From contig OX597815.1 of assembly GCA_951406725.2 (NCBI GenBank), positions 7,316,001-7,380,000 of the forward strand: DNA of 64,000 nucleotides, in the 5' to 3' direction. The notes beneath the pieces are model-generated. The model made no database searches and was not told where the DNA came from. It was given only the letters and a program-made list of their open reading frames with translations. Position 1 is the stretch's first letter; each line of letters opens with the position of its first letter. This stretch comes from Octopus vulgaris. Its lineage: Eukaryota. Of this stretch, positions 42,475-56,193 are shown piece by piece. A program made the translations under genes and the position numbers.

Positions 42475-43370
42475 ATATATATACATACATACATACATAC
42501 ATACGTACATACATGCATGCATGCATACATACATACATACATACATACATACATACATGCATACATACATGCATACATACATACATACATAAATACATAT
42601 ATACATACATAGATACATACATACATACATACATACATACATACATACATACATACATACATACATACATACATACATACATACATACATACATACATAA
42701 ATACATACATACATACATAGATACATACATACATACATACATACATACATACATACATACATACATACATACATACATACATACATACATACATGCATAC
42801 ATACATACATACATACATACATAAATACATACATACATACATACATACATACATACATACATACATACATACATACATACATACATACATACATACATAC
42901 ATACATACATACATACATACATACATACATACATACATACATACATACATAAATACATACATACATACATACATACATACATACATACATACATACATAC
43001 ATACATACATACATACATACATACATACATACATACATACATACATACATAAATACATACATACATAGATACATACATACATACATACATACATACATAC
43101 ATACATACATACATACATACATACATACATACATACATACATGCATGCATAGATACATACATACATACATACATACATACATACATACATACATACATAC
43201 ATGCATACATACATGCATACATACATACATACATAAATACATACATACATACATAGATACATACATACATACATACATGCATGCATACATAATGCATACA
43301 TACATACATACATAAATACATACATACATAGATACATACATGCATGCATGCATGCATGCATGCATGCATA
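42475..43370. repeat. ~0.9 kb (CATA)n array
   Basis: Directly visible. Confidence 0.97.
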
Positions 43371-43789
43371 CGCACAGATATAATAGACAGATAAAAATAT
43401 AAAGAGATAGATAAAGAGAGAGAGGGGGATGAGAGACAGACAAACAGGGAGAGATAGATTGATAGTATACGTATAAGCAGGTAAAAATACATTTACTTGT
43501 GTATATATATATGTGTGTGCGTGTGTGTGTGTGTGTGTATAAACAGACATATATATACCACATTCTCACACACACACACTCATACAATCACACACACGCA
43601 CACACACATACACACAGGCACATATGGGATACGTCACATTTATTCAAAACACATAAGTCGATATCAAATAGACCGAAAAGCACATTCGTAGAAAAGCATA
43701 AAAAATCCGCCGAAACTTCGTGTCGACTCATTTCTTTCTTTTAAACGATAGGAATAAATGACTTTTTCGAATGAAATATATATTCAATA

Positions 43790-44190
43790 CTAGCAGTATC
43801 GCCCGGCGTTGCTCGGGTTTGTAAGGGAAATAACTATATAAGCATTTTTAGAGAGTTATTTCCCTTATATAAACCGAGCAAACAATGCATTACAAGATGC
43901 GGAAAAAAAATTATGGTAAATTCTGTTAAAAATCGTTGAATCATCGTAGACGTGAGTTACTTCCCTTATATAATAGCAAAAAAAATGCATTAAAAATGGG
44001 AAAAAATGATGGTAAATTTTTTTTAAAATCGTAGACTCATCGTAGACGCGCGCTAATACCCAGAAGGGCTCGATATGAATCACGACTATAAGATACCCGA
44101 ATTTGGTTAAACTGCACCGCAAAATGTGGGAGTAGTTAGGAATCTAAATCGTAGGAGACAGACACACAACTTCACTTTTATATATAAAGA
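43790..44190 (-). mobile_element. Non-autonomous Helitron with internal ~105-bp tandem duplication
   Basis: Same termini as 17080-17363; GAGTTA.TTCCCTTATATA..TCATCGTAGACG occurs twice. Confidence 0.88.
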
Positions 44191-45033
44191 TATACGTTCA
44201 GATCTTGGCGTAGAGTGGCATTATGAAAAAATACATCAAAGCGGAAAGTAATCGTTACTAATATTGTAAAATAAATTATAGTAATTTTAAAATAAGGAAC
44301 AATCATTTTGAAAACGAAATGCGGGTGCGCACATGTATGCGTGTGTGTATGTTCTTACGTTAAGCGTTCAACACGGAATCAATACTTGAACGGTGACGGC
44401 TCGTGTATAGGAACTGCAACTCCCCCTATTTCCACTCGATTTATCGATGACATTCAATATAATGAGTCCTTTTTTCTTTAATTCTTTCTTTATACTTGTA
44501 CTTTATATAATCCTTAAGCTTAATGTCAGTAGCTGTCCCCTAGTTTATGAAGAAAATACAAAAATCCTTGTATAGAACTGTGCACTTCACAGTTTCAGCG
44601 ACGTGGTGTTTAGCTGTTGTGCGCATCCTCATATGCCCGAGATAGGAAGCTTCATGCTAGGGAGAGAGAGCACTGTGCTTCACGCAGTACCGACTCTGGT
44701 GTGCTGGTGAAAGGTAGTGTTTCGTTTTGACTCAACGTGTGTTGTGCTTAAAAACGTGTTTATATTCTTGAATGTGATAAAGCGTAGAATTAGATTATTA
44801 TCCTGCTTCCAGCTACAGTGTTACTGCCAGGATTTGAAAAAACAGGGCAGATTCCCCCCTCCCCCTCCCCGCCCTTATTTTGTGATTTGGAGGGATTTTT
44901 TGAAAAACAAGCGGGAATTTGCGGTGGTGTTCAGTGAACAAATTAAACACACTTGTCCGGCAGTGGCTAAAATGCAAACCGATCAAGTTTATGTATAAAT
45001 ATTCTTTTTATATGTTTATTTCATTTTACACGA

Positions 45034-45256
45034 TATTCTTTTCTACTCTGGGCATAAGGCCCGAATTTTTTGGGAAGTGGGGGGGGGGGCAGTCGATTAG
45101 ATCAACCCTAGTACGCAACTAGTACTCAATTTATCGACCCCGAAAGGATGAAAGGCAAAGTCGACCTCGGCTGAATTTGAACTCAGGACGTAACAGCAGA
45201 CGAAATACGGCTACGCATTTCGCCCGGCGTGCAAACGTTTCTGCCAGCTCGCCGCC
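45034..45256 (-). mobile_element. SINE family B monomer
   Basis: Head, single body and tail. Confidence 0.9.
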
Positions 45257-45711
45257 TTTCCTTTTTACACAATTTTAAAACGGCTGAAAATTTTCCGAAG
45301 TAGCTCCCCCCACTAATTTTATCTACGAGCCGCCTCTACAAAGTAAGTAAGGGTGCAAATTTTTTTTTTATTTGCACCCCACAAAAATTGCACCCCTACT
45401 TACTTTTCTCGGGTTTAGAAAACTGAATAAAACGTCATCTGTAAAAATTGGCTCGAAGTTGGGTTTCTTAACAAGGAACAATCACAAATAAAAATAATAG
45501 TAAGACCTTGTTTGTAAAGATTTTTGGATCCCCGCTCAGTAAATGTCTTTCCCGAGCCAGTGTTTGTTATTACATTTTAGTTGAAACACGATGCCCTTGT
45601 TTCAGTTGATTTTTAAAATTATGAAAAATTTTGTAAAGAAACCTTGTTATTAGTAAGTTCGCATTTGGAACACGAATTAGCATGAAATTTTTGGTATATC
45701 TTAATTTAGAC

Positions 45712-45990
45712 CAGTGGTTCCCAAAGAATGGGATACTGCGCCCTTCGGGGCTGTGGAAAGATCTGGGGAGACGGCGAAGAAAAATGAAGCGATAATGGGG
45801 TGGTCAAAAGGGGACGATGGATGTAAAAATAATGGATTAATTAGGTTAAGTTTGATTTTTGAAATAAAGTTGTTTTAAATTTGCTTCAGAAAGGGGTCTA
45901 CGTTTGTGGTGGTGAATGGAGGATGGGGTTGATAGGAATGTGGAGCGGGTGCCAAGGTCGCAGTAACCCAAAAATGTTTGGGAACCACTG
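45712..45990. mobile_element. hAT-Charlie-type MITE
   Basis: TIRs CAGTGGTTCCCAAA / TTTGGGAACCACTG; 8-bp flanks ATTTAGAC / GTTTAGAT. Confidence 0.85.
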
Positions 45991-46071
45991 GTTTAGATCA
46001 TTTTAAAACAAGAAGTTCGTATCACAGAACCAGGAGCAGTCTTGATCAGGTTGGTAGCAAAAAAAGTTAAA

Positions 46072-46521
46072 AATAAATAAATAAATGCGCCCTTTTAAAG
46101 CCTAGCCAGGCTCATGGGCCCGGTTTCCTGGTTTCTATGGCATGTGTGTTCCCCAGCTGGACAAGACGCCAGTCCATTGCAGTGTTACTCATTTTTGCCC
46201 GCTGAGTGGACTGGAGCAACGTGAAATGAAGTGTTTTGCTCAAGAACACAACGCGTCGCCCGATCCAGGAATCGAAACCACAATCTTATGATCATGATGC
46301 TGACACCCTTTCCACTAAGCCACGCGCGCCTCCACATGTATGTATGTATATATAAAATACAAAATGGGACAAGGACGCGAAACATTCGGACAACTAGGTG
46401 ATACAAAAAGGGACAACAAAACATCCAGACAGACGATACAAAAAACCAACAAGGACGGGTCATTCGAAGCTTTTTATCCTCAGTCAAGAACCGGATCATC
46501 CTCGCAATTTCGGCTGATTAA
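46072..46521 (-). mobile_element. Composite leader + (CATA)n + SINE family D
   Basis: Reverse complement of 29068-29560; an extra family-D fragment at ~46540-46630. Confidence 0.88.
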
Positions 46522-47257
46522 TATATATATATGGACTTGCAGCAACGTGAAATGAAGTGTTTTGCTCAAGAACACAACGCGTTGCCCGGTCCAGGAATCG
46601 AAACCACAACCCTACGATCATGATGCTGAAAAAATTTAAATAGTCTATCTTAATTAATTGTTGAACATCCAGAATATCATTTTAAAGAAAACTATTTTGT
46701 GACATTTATGTTTATATTTTATGGTTACTGCTAATATTGTCCTGCAAAAGCCGTCAAGTTGTGTAGATTGTATATCATCTATTAATGTTGATTTATGTAT
46801 TAACAACTTCTAAGTTTAAACATTTTGACAGTTCATTTAGATGTCAATGAATCATTACTTATCTCGATGCTTGTTTATCTATTATTCTGGACAATGTAAT
46901 TTCGATAAATATTCCGCTTTTTTCTTCAATTAACGTTTTCGTACATTTGTCATTTCTCCAGTTTCGTTTCGACCAATGCAATTCGACGAGCACTCTTACA
47001 AACATTTATTTACTGAAAGCGTATGTGTGTGTGTGTGTGTGTGGTTTGTAAAAAGCATAAATCCTAAGAAAAGAAGCGCACTCTTAGATTGAGAGCAATA
47101 TATATTAAAACCGGGAAGGCCGGTTTATGGGCCTACCTTAGGTTTCCCATCCATAAAGGGTTGAACTTTATGGCGTATCGTCAGATACCAAAAGCCTGTT
47201 CCTCTTAAGAATATGGATTTCCATAGTTTTAAGAAGACATGGGCCAACAAGTTTTTG

Positions 47258-47318
47258 GGGATCTGACGATACGCCATAAAGTTCAACCCTTTATGAACGG
47301 GAAACCTAAGGTAATCTC
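47258..47318 (+). ncRNA. Type I hammerhead ribozyme motif
   Basis: GGGAT-CTGACGA-[imperfect helix II with CATAAAG/CTTTATG]-GAAAC-CTAAG-GTA-ATCTC; helix I has 5 bp; inverted partner at 47129-47189. Confidence 0.65.
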
Positions 47319-47348
47319 ATAAAGCGGTCTTTCCCATTTTTAATTTTT

Positions 47349-48138
47349 GGCAGTGAAACATGGGCCGCGACTGCTGAGGACATGTGTAAGCTTGCAAGGA
47401 TTGGAGCCAGTATGCTCCGATGGATGTGTAATGTCAGTGTGCATACTTGACAGAGTGTTAGTGCCTTGAGAGAAAAGTTGGACCTAAGAAGCATCTGATG
47501 TGGTGTACAAGAGAGACGACTGCGCTGGTATGGTCATGTGGCGAGAATGGATGAGGATAGCTGTGTGAAAAAGTGCCACACCCTAGCGGTTGAGGGAACC
47601 TGTGGAAGAGGTAGATCCAGGAAGACCTAGGATGAGGTGGTGAAGCATAACCTTCGAACATTGGGTCTCACCGAGGCAATGACTAGTGACCGGGACCTTT
47701 GGAAATATGATGTTCTTGAGAAGACTTGGCAAGCGCAAGTGAGACCATAACCTCGTGGCCTATGCCAGGGGTGTAACCGGTCCACTTATGCGTGCCTTTT
47801 CTTCATTGGACACAAAACTCTGCTTGCGAAGACCTGTTGAGGCAAGTGAAATCGAAATCGAAATCAAATTCGATGACTGGCATCCGTTGCTAGTGGAGCA
47901 CTAAGAGTACCATACGAGCGTGATCGTTGCCGGAGCAACAAGCTGGCCTTCATGCCGGTGGTACGTAAAAGCACCCACTACACTCTCGGAGTGGTTGGCA
48001 TTAGGAAGGGCATTCAGCTGTAGAAACTCTGCCAGATCAGATTGGAGTCTGGTGCAGCCATCTGGTTCGCCAGACCTCAGTCAAATCGTCCAACCCATGC
48101 TAGCATCGAAAGCGGACGTTAAACGATGATGATTATGA

Positions 48139-48143
<5 letters not shown>
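47349..48143 (+). mobile_element. 5'-truncated RTE LINE (ORF C-terminus + 3' UTR, (GAT)n tail)
   Basis: GSETWA..MLRWMCNVS..RRLRWYGHVARM..GRGRSRK; 3' motif GGCATTAGGAAGGGCATTCAGCTGTAGAAAC; ends in CGTTAAACGATGATGAT. Confidence 0.92.
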
Positions 48144-48204
<61 letters not shown>

Positions 48205-48446
48205 CAAAAATTAATTTGCGAAGGTGTCATTAATTCTATTATTATCCAATGTAACTATTTAAAAAAATGATAATAACAGAATTAATGACACAGGCGATAG
48301 CAGGCCAAAAATAGCATTAAATAGCCGTGGGATAAAAATTAATCAAAGGACATACTAGGTATGTCTACCTGCTAGAAATAACAGTCAAAACTTGACAGTT
48401 ATTTCAAGCAGGTAGACATACTTAGTATGTCCTTTGATTAATTTGA

Positions 48447-48509
<63 letters not shown>

Positions 48510-48539
48510 TGTGTGTGTCTGTGTGTGTCTGTGTCTGTG

Positions 48540-48714
48540 TCTGTGTGTATAGGGCGGGTTTCTTTCAGTTTCTGTCTACCAAATCCACTCACAATGTTTT
48601 GGTTGACTCGAGGCTATAATAGAAGATACTTGCCCAAGGTACCATGCAGTGGGACTGAACCTGGGTCCATGTGGTTGGGAAGCAAGCTTCTCACCACACA
48701 GCCACTCCTGCGCC
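48540..48714 (-). mobile_element. SINE family A, 5' half
   Basis: Head and core up to the internal microsatellite. Confidence 0.85.
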
Positions 48715-48972
48715 TGTGTGTGTGCGTCTATATATGTATATACGTTTATCTAAGGCGAGCTTAATCTTGTTTATCCTATGTGCGTCTGCTATTCCGAAAG
48801 TCAGCCAAAATTGCGAAGATTACTCGGTAGCGACGGGATAATCAGCTAGTATATATTAGTATATATTAGTATATATTAGTATATATATATATATATAGGC
48901 GAATCAAAAATAAAAGCAGAATTAAAAATAAAAATAATCGGCTGACAATCATACATACAGTATACACACGCA

Positions 48973-49012
<40 letters not shown>

Positions 49013-49017
49013 AACAC

Positions 49018-49435
49018 ACCTATAATTATTGGCTCCTCGGATATGTACCACACTGCCTAAATACCAAGTAGGAAGCTAATTCGAAGGCTACAGATCCAAT
49101 CCATCAGTGGAACTGTAAAAATCTGTAAAAATTTCCAAAAGTTTATTATTTAAATGTATATGAGCATGTCTAGATATGCAACTATATGCATGGAATACAT
49201 ACATAAAACATACAAATTTGCACATACATACATACACACACACATACATACATACGTACACATACATACATATATACACACATACATACATGCATACATA
49301 CATACACATACATACATACATACATACATACACATTCATACATACATACATACATTCATACATACATACATATATACATACATACATACATACATACACA
49401 CACATACATACATACACATACATACATACATACAT

Positions 49436-49467
<32 letters not shown>

Positions 49468-49690
49468 CATACAAACATACATACATACATACATACACAT
49501 ACATACATACATACATACATACATACATACATACATACATACATACATACATACATACATACATACATACATACATACATACATACACATACATACATAC
49601 ATACACATACATACATACATACATACATACATACATACATACATACATACATACATACATACATACACATTCATACATACATACATACCT
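49018..49690 (+). mobile_element. 3' fragment of the R4/Dong-like LINE running into (CATA)n
   Basis: 49018-49225 aligns with 51579-51820, with a deletion. Confidence 0.8.
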
Positions 49691-50010
49691 CACTCATTAA
49701 GCTAGAAGGCCTTCAACTTAATAAAGTTCCCGTGAGAATAGTCACAATTCATGAAACTCGAACTAACGATCAAATTTACATACACTACTTTTAATATGGA
49801 GACACTTTTCCTATTTCCGAAATAAAACTTCATCAATCCATGTGTGTGTGTGCGTGCGTGTGTGCGTGCGTGTGTGCGTGCGTGTGTGTGTGTGTGCGTG
49901 CGTGTGTGCGTGCGTGTGTGCGTGCGTGTGTGTTGATTCGTTAATATATATTTTCAGTATCATATTTTGTTCATAGGGGCATTGTAGCTTATACTTACTA
50001 TAATACTTAC

Positions 50011-52018
50011 ATCGTGGGCTACCATCTTGAAATTAAACACAAAGAGTGACTGTATTATCACCAATAGAATACAATATTGCAAAGGCATATTCCAAGGAGA
50101 CAGCCTCTCTGTGATGTTGTTTATACTTTCTGTAAACCCTTTGTCATTCATGTTAAGGGAGTCTGAAGGATATCTCACTGGTTCACAAGGAAACAGAAAT
50201 ACCAAAATTACACGCTGTTTCTTTGTGGATGACTTAAAACTTTATGCAAAGAATATGCATGAGATGAAGAAGAGCCTTGGCCTAGTTACAACATTTTCTA
50301 AAGATGCAGGGTTGGAGTTTGGTTAGGATAAATATTGTTATATGGTTGTGAAAATGGGGAAAAATATAAACCAGACTAGTAACATTTCCATCAATGATTT
50401 GACTGTTCCCCCTTGTATCTGACAAGGAATGTTACAGGTATCTAGGGGTGGATGAAAATATATCTTACAATGGCAACTGTAACAAAACACGTGTTACTAA
50501 AGAATATTACAGCCGAATAAAGAAAATTTGTACCTCAGAACTCTCTGCATTCAATAAAACAGTGGCCCACAATGTGTTTGCAGTGCCAGTACTCATACCA
50601 ACATTTGGGCTGCTTGATTGGACGTTTGATGAAATCTGAGCCATTGATGTGAAAACCCCCATACATATAATTTCCACATAAAATGACGTAGACCACCTCT
50701 ACCTAAAATGAAAATAAAGCCGCAGAGGTTTGATATCGATCCAAAATGCCTTTGAATGTCGCATCATATCCCTTCGGCAACATCTTTTAACCACCAAGTG
50801 TCGAAGTGCATCCCTTGACCAAGTTTGCATACATGAGGCTGATAACATCATAAGACTTGGAAGGCAGCTCCTTGAGCAACACTCTTTGTCTGATAACCTA
50901 GAATACATGCCCAAGGAAGCCGCGCGACTCTACCACAACATATCTTCTGGTGAAAGGATGAGCTTCTATGAGCAGAAGACTATGCATGGATATGTTAGTA
51001 GAAAGCTCCGTGATGATAGTAACATCGATCATCAAAGCAGTTTATCATAGACGAATAGCCGGATTACTACCTCCCACTTTGAAGGGTATGCGTTTGCAAT
51101 CCAGGAACAGGAAATATCAACCAAGTACCTGATGCACAAAAAAGATAGAGTTGCAGGAAAAGCCGTAAAGTGTGACAACCGATCCAGACTTTGTGGAGTT
51201 CACACTGAAGATATGACCAACATCATCGGTAGTTGTCCAAAATGTCTTTACGGTATTATCTACCGATGAGACATGATGTTGTAGCTAGGATAATCACGAG
51301 GACAAAGAAATAAGAACCTACAATATAGTAGAAGCCATAACCACTCATAAAAAAAAGGAATACTGGTGGAATATACCAGTGAAGACCTCAATAAAATGTA
51401 AGCACAACAGACCTGATATAATGATTTGGGATAGAGAAGAGAAACTGTGCACAATTGTGGAAATTAGCTGCCCAGCGGATGTTAACATAAAGCTGAAGAT
51501 CAGTGAAAAAGAGAACACCTACGCTGAACTATTGAGAAATCTGCAGTTACTCTATCCAGATTACAAGTTCAGGTTTATACCTGTAATTATTGGGGCCATG
51601 GGATATGTAACACACTGCCTAAATACCAATCTTGAGAAATTAGGCTTCTCAAAACGAGAAAGGAGAAAGCTAATTCAAAGACTACAGATACAATCAATCA
51701 CTGGAACTGTAAAGATCTGTAAAACTTTCCAGAAATTTATCATTTAAATATATATGAGTATATCTAGATATGCAACTATATGCATGAGAATGCATACATA
51801 AGACATACAAATCTGCACATCATACATACATACATACATACATACATACATACATACATACATACATACATACATACATACATACATACATGCATGCATA
51901 CATATTGGTAGATAGATAGATACATATTGGTAGATAGATAGATAGAAAGATAGATTGATAGGTTAGAAACCGATTCTTTCTCAATTGGTAAGAAATCTTG
52001 AAATAACACTGAATAATG
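50011..52018 (+). mobile_element. 5'-truncated R4/Dong-like non-LTR retrotransposon (RT + CCHC + RLE), pseudogenised
   Basis: GIFQGDSLS..FFVDDLKLYA..YLGVDE..AIQEQEISTKY..RLCG..RHDVVA..HNRPDIMIWDREEKLCTIVEISCP..K..Y..IPVIIGAMG (PD-(D/E)xK RLE); several stops and frameshifts. Confidence 0.9.
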
Positions 52019-52658
52019 ACATACATACATACATGAAACTGAAGTGCTTTGAATTGTAATTCTCGTTTCATTATTTCGATTGTTCACACGAGTTTGAACA
52101 ATGCATTTGCAAAGTGCTTCTCATTTTAACGATTCATGAAACTCGAACTAACGATCAAATTTACACACTCTATTTTAAATATGGAGATACTTTTCCTATT
52201 TCCGAAATAAAACTTCATCAATGCACGAATGTGTGTGCGTGCGTGCGTGTGTGTTGATTCGTTAATATATATTTTCAGTATCATATTTTGTTCATAGGGG
52301 GATTGTAGCTTATACTTACTATAATGCTTACAAACTAGGACACAGCTGAGTTTTCTCGTCTAATTTGCATAACAATACATACGCTGGCAAAGTGGATAAT
52401 TAATTAATTCATTTATAATTAATGCATCACAGAGCGCGTTTTTTGGTTAATTTGAAATGTAATGTAATTTATATCCTTTTGATAAGCAAATAACTGGTGT
52501 GAAAGATAAACGAAGCCATTATACCTGAGGATCTTTTTTCTCTCCAGGTGCAGGATAAACAGGAAAAAACCCCTATGTTCATTATAAAAGATATATATAA
52601 GTGTGTGTGTGCACGCACGCACGCGTACGTGCATGTGTGTATGTATATGTATGTATGT

Positions 52659-53483
52659 CATTATCCAGTCAGGTGTCAGGTGGAGGCGCAATGGCCCAGT
52701 GGTTAGAGCAGCGGACTCGCGGTCATAAGATCGCGGTTTCGATTCCCAGACCGGGCGTTGTGAGTGTTTATTGAGCGAAAACACCTAAAGCTCCACGAGG
52801 CTCCGGCAGGGGATGGTGGTGATTCCTGCTGTACTCTTTCACCACAACTTTCTCTCACTCTTACTCCCTGTTTCTGTTGTACCTGTATTTCAAAGGGCCG
52901 GCCTTGTCACTCTCTGTGTCACGCTGAATATCCCCCAAGAACTACGTTAAGAGTACACGTGTCTGTGGAGTGCTCAGCCACTTAGACGTTAATTTCACGA
53001 GCAGGCTGTTCCGTTGATTCGGATCAACCGGAACCCTCGTCGTCGTAACCGACGGAGTGCTTCCACATTATCCAGTTTATTTCAAGATATCTTTCCAATA
53101 GAGAAAGAACCGGTTTCTAACCTAGATCCAAGGCTCCCTCATTGGGATTTCAAAATCAAAAACAGGGTCATTTTGTATGTATGTATACGTGTAGATTTGT
53201 ATGTTTTGTCCTATGTATGTCTTCCTCATGCATGTACTTGCATGTCTAGACATGCTTATATATATACTTAAATGATGAACTTATGGAACATTTTACAGAC
53301 TTTTACACAATTCCAGTGATGGTCTGGATCTGTAGTGTTCGAATCATCTTTCTCCTTTCTGGTTTTGATAAGCCTAGCTTTTCAAGATTGGTATTTAGGC
53401 AGTGTATTACATATTCCAGTGCCCCAATAATTACAGGTATAAACCTGATCTTGTAATCTGGATAAAGTAACTCCAGATTCCTA
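52659..53483 (-). mobile_element. 3' fragment of the R4/Dong-like LINE
   Basis: RNLELLYPDYKIRFIPVIIGALEY..LEKLG..LQIQTITGIV; 3' UTR matches 51750-52018. Confidence 0.88.
52681..53065 (+). mobile_element. SINE family C inserted in a LINE 3' end
   Basis: Matches 6185-6576; TSD CATTATCCAGT at 52659-52669 and 53066-53076. Confidence 0.92.
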
Positions 53484-53738
53484 ATACATACATACACACA
53501 TACATACATACATACATACATACATACACACACACATACATACATACATACATACATACATGCATACACACATACATACACACACATACATACATACATA
53601 CACACATACACACATACATACACACATACATGCATACATACATACATACACACATACATACATACATACATACACACATACATGCATGCATACATACATA
53701 CATAGACACACACACACATACACACACACATACATACA

Positions 53739-53771
<33 letters not shown>

Positions 53772-53960
53772 GCATGCATACATACATACATACATACATA
53801 CATACATACATACAAACATACATACATACATACATAATTACATACATACATACACACACACACATACATACATACATACATACATACATACATACACACA
53901 TACATACATACATACATACATACATACATACATACATACATACATACATACATACATACG
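53484..53960. repeat. (CATA)n/(CA)n array
   Basis: Directly visible. Confidence 0.95.
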
Positions 53961-54271
53961 TATGCATGTATTTGAGTCTGTCTTGCGTGACGTACATCAT
54001 AGGCACAGAACAAATTTTGAAATGTCCAAGCTCTCAATCTTGGACATTCACAACAATAGTATTGATTCATTTTTCACAGTAACGTTCCACTAAACAGGCA
54101 AGTATTATAAAAAAAGTTTCCTGGAATGTATGTTAATGTTTTTGAAGTGACTCCAAAAAATGTGACATGTGACATCGCACAAAATACTTTTTTTTTGCCC
54201 GAAAAACGAAATTACTGCTAATTCTTCTAGATTTCTCCAGGGCAGCATAAAAATCTCTTGGTGTTTATTTA

Positions 54272-54500
54272 CATTCTTTACTCGTTTACTCTTTTACTTC
54301 TTTCAGTCTTTTGACTGCGGCCATGCTGCAGCACCGCCTTTAATCGAGCAACTCGAACCCGGGACTTATTCTTTTTGTAAGCCCAGTACTTATTCTATCG
54401 GTCTTTTTTGCCGAACCGCCAAGTAACGGGGACATAAACACACCAGCATCGGTTGTCAAGCAATGCTAGAGGGACAAACACAGACACACAAACACACACT
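54272..54500 (-). mobile_element. SINE family A, 3' half
   Basis: Tail-side sequence. Confidence 0.85.
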
Positions 54501-54826
54501 GACCTCGAAATTTCAAAAAAAACGCTAATGGGTTTTCTGGGCAACAATGTCCGTGCCCCACAATTCTCATTCAACCAGTGTGACTTGCGTGACAAAAACC
54601 GATGTAACGTACGTGATAGAAAGTTTCATGTTAGAGGCAACGCTGCTTAGATCTGGAAGAAATTGTCCCAGTATTCGTATCTGGTCGAAAATTTACCATT
54701 TCAACATACCTTTTTACAAGAATATAAAGATTTTCCTGGAATTCTGAAAGTCTTTTTATATTCTAAAAGTCTTTAAAACTTATTTTGGTTTAACTTTCTT
54801 GAGAATGGCTCATATATATGTGCAGG

Positions 54827-54896
<70 letters not shown>

Positions 54897-54899
<3 letters not shown>

Positions 54900-55228
54900 A
54901 AAGCAATTAAGATTCAAGTCAATTCTAATGAATTTACTTGAATGCGGTACTTAACTTAGATGCACCAGAAAACTATATGGTGATAACCATACAGTAATGT
55001 GGGGTGATTATAAACGAGAAAGAAGCAACAAGAATGGATTAGTTTTTAGTACAATTGTTTCATAAAGACAGGCTTTATTAAAAGTTGCAAATATTGCATC
55101 TGCTGCAATATTTGCAACTTTTAATAAAGCCTGTCTTTGTATGAAACAATTGTACTAAAAACTAATCCATTCTTGTTGCTTCTTTCTCGTATATATATAT
55201 ATATATATATATACATATATGTACGAGG

Positions 55229-55270
<42 letters not shown>

Positions 55271-55530
55271 AAAGCAATTAAGATTCAAGTCAATTCTAAT
55301 GAATTTACTTGAATGCGATACTTAACTTAGATGACCAGAAAACTATATGGTGATAACCATACAGTAATGTGGGGTGATTATAAACGAGAAAGAAGCAACA
55401 AGAATGGATTAGTTTTTAGTACAATTGTTTCATACGAAGACAGGCTTTATTAAAAGTTGCAAATATTGCATCTGCTGCAATATTTGCAACTTTTAATAAA
55501 GCCTGTCTTTGTATGAAACAATTGTACTAA
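54897..55530. repeat. Two tandem (TA)n-flanked fold-back units related to the Penelope-type terminus at 56060-56275
   Basis: Unit 1 arms 55014-55098 / 55104-55190; unit 2 arms 55416-55470 / 55476-55530. Both share GATGCACCAG..GTGGGGTGATTATAA..AAGCAACAAGAATG with 56060-56185. Confidence 0.9.
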
Positions 55531-55617
<87 letters not shown>

Positions 55618-55992
55618 TACGAAGAAGAACACTGGAGTCTGTTGAGATTTTTGATAGGCAAAATTTTATTCTTTTCTTACACAAAAACAAATAACATCTT
55701 TACTACGAACAACAAAACGTCAAGAGAGTTTGAATGTTATTGTTCATGGTATAGTTGCAGCAGCAGCAGCAGATAAAGTATTTTTAGCTGTTCATTGCCT
55801 TTGTGTTGTCAGCTGCTGCCCGCCGTCTCTGGTGGCCATCTCCTACAGTGTCTGTCAGTGTTTTCTCTGCTGCATCTCAAAGCTCTCTGTTTAATAGTCA
55901 TGGTGTGTCGAATCTATACTGATTGATGAACTCAGAAGGAAGTGCGCCAAAAGATGAAGTCGTCGCTAGAGCCTATTCCACGCGAAGATTTT

Positions 55993-56045
<53 letters not shown>

Positions 56046-56193
56046 TTTCTTTATATATATAAGTTCAGCAAAAATTTAGATTCAAATGAATATGGTACTT
56101 AATTTAGATGCACCAGAATTCTGTATGGTGTTATCCATAAAAATCCGTGGGGTGATTATAATCAAAATAAGCAACAAGAATGACTCCGGTAAT

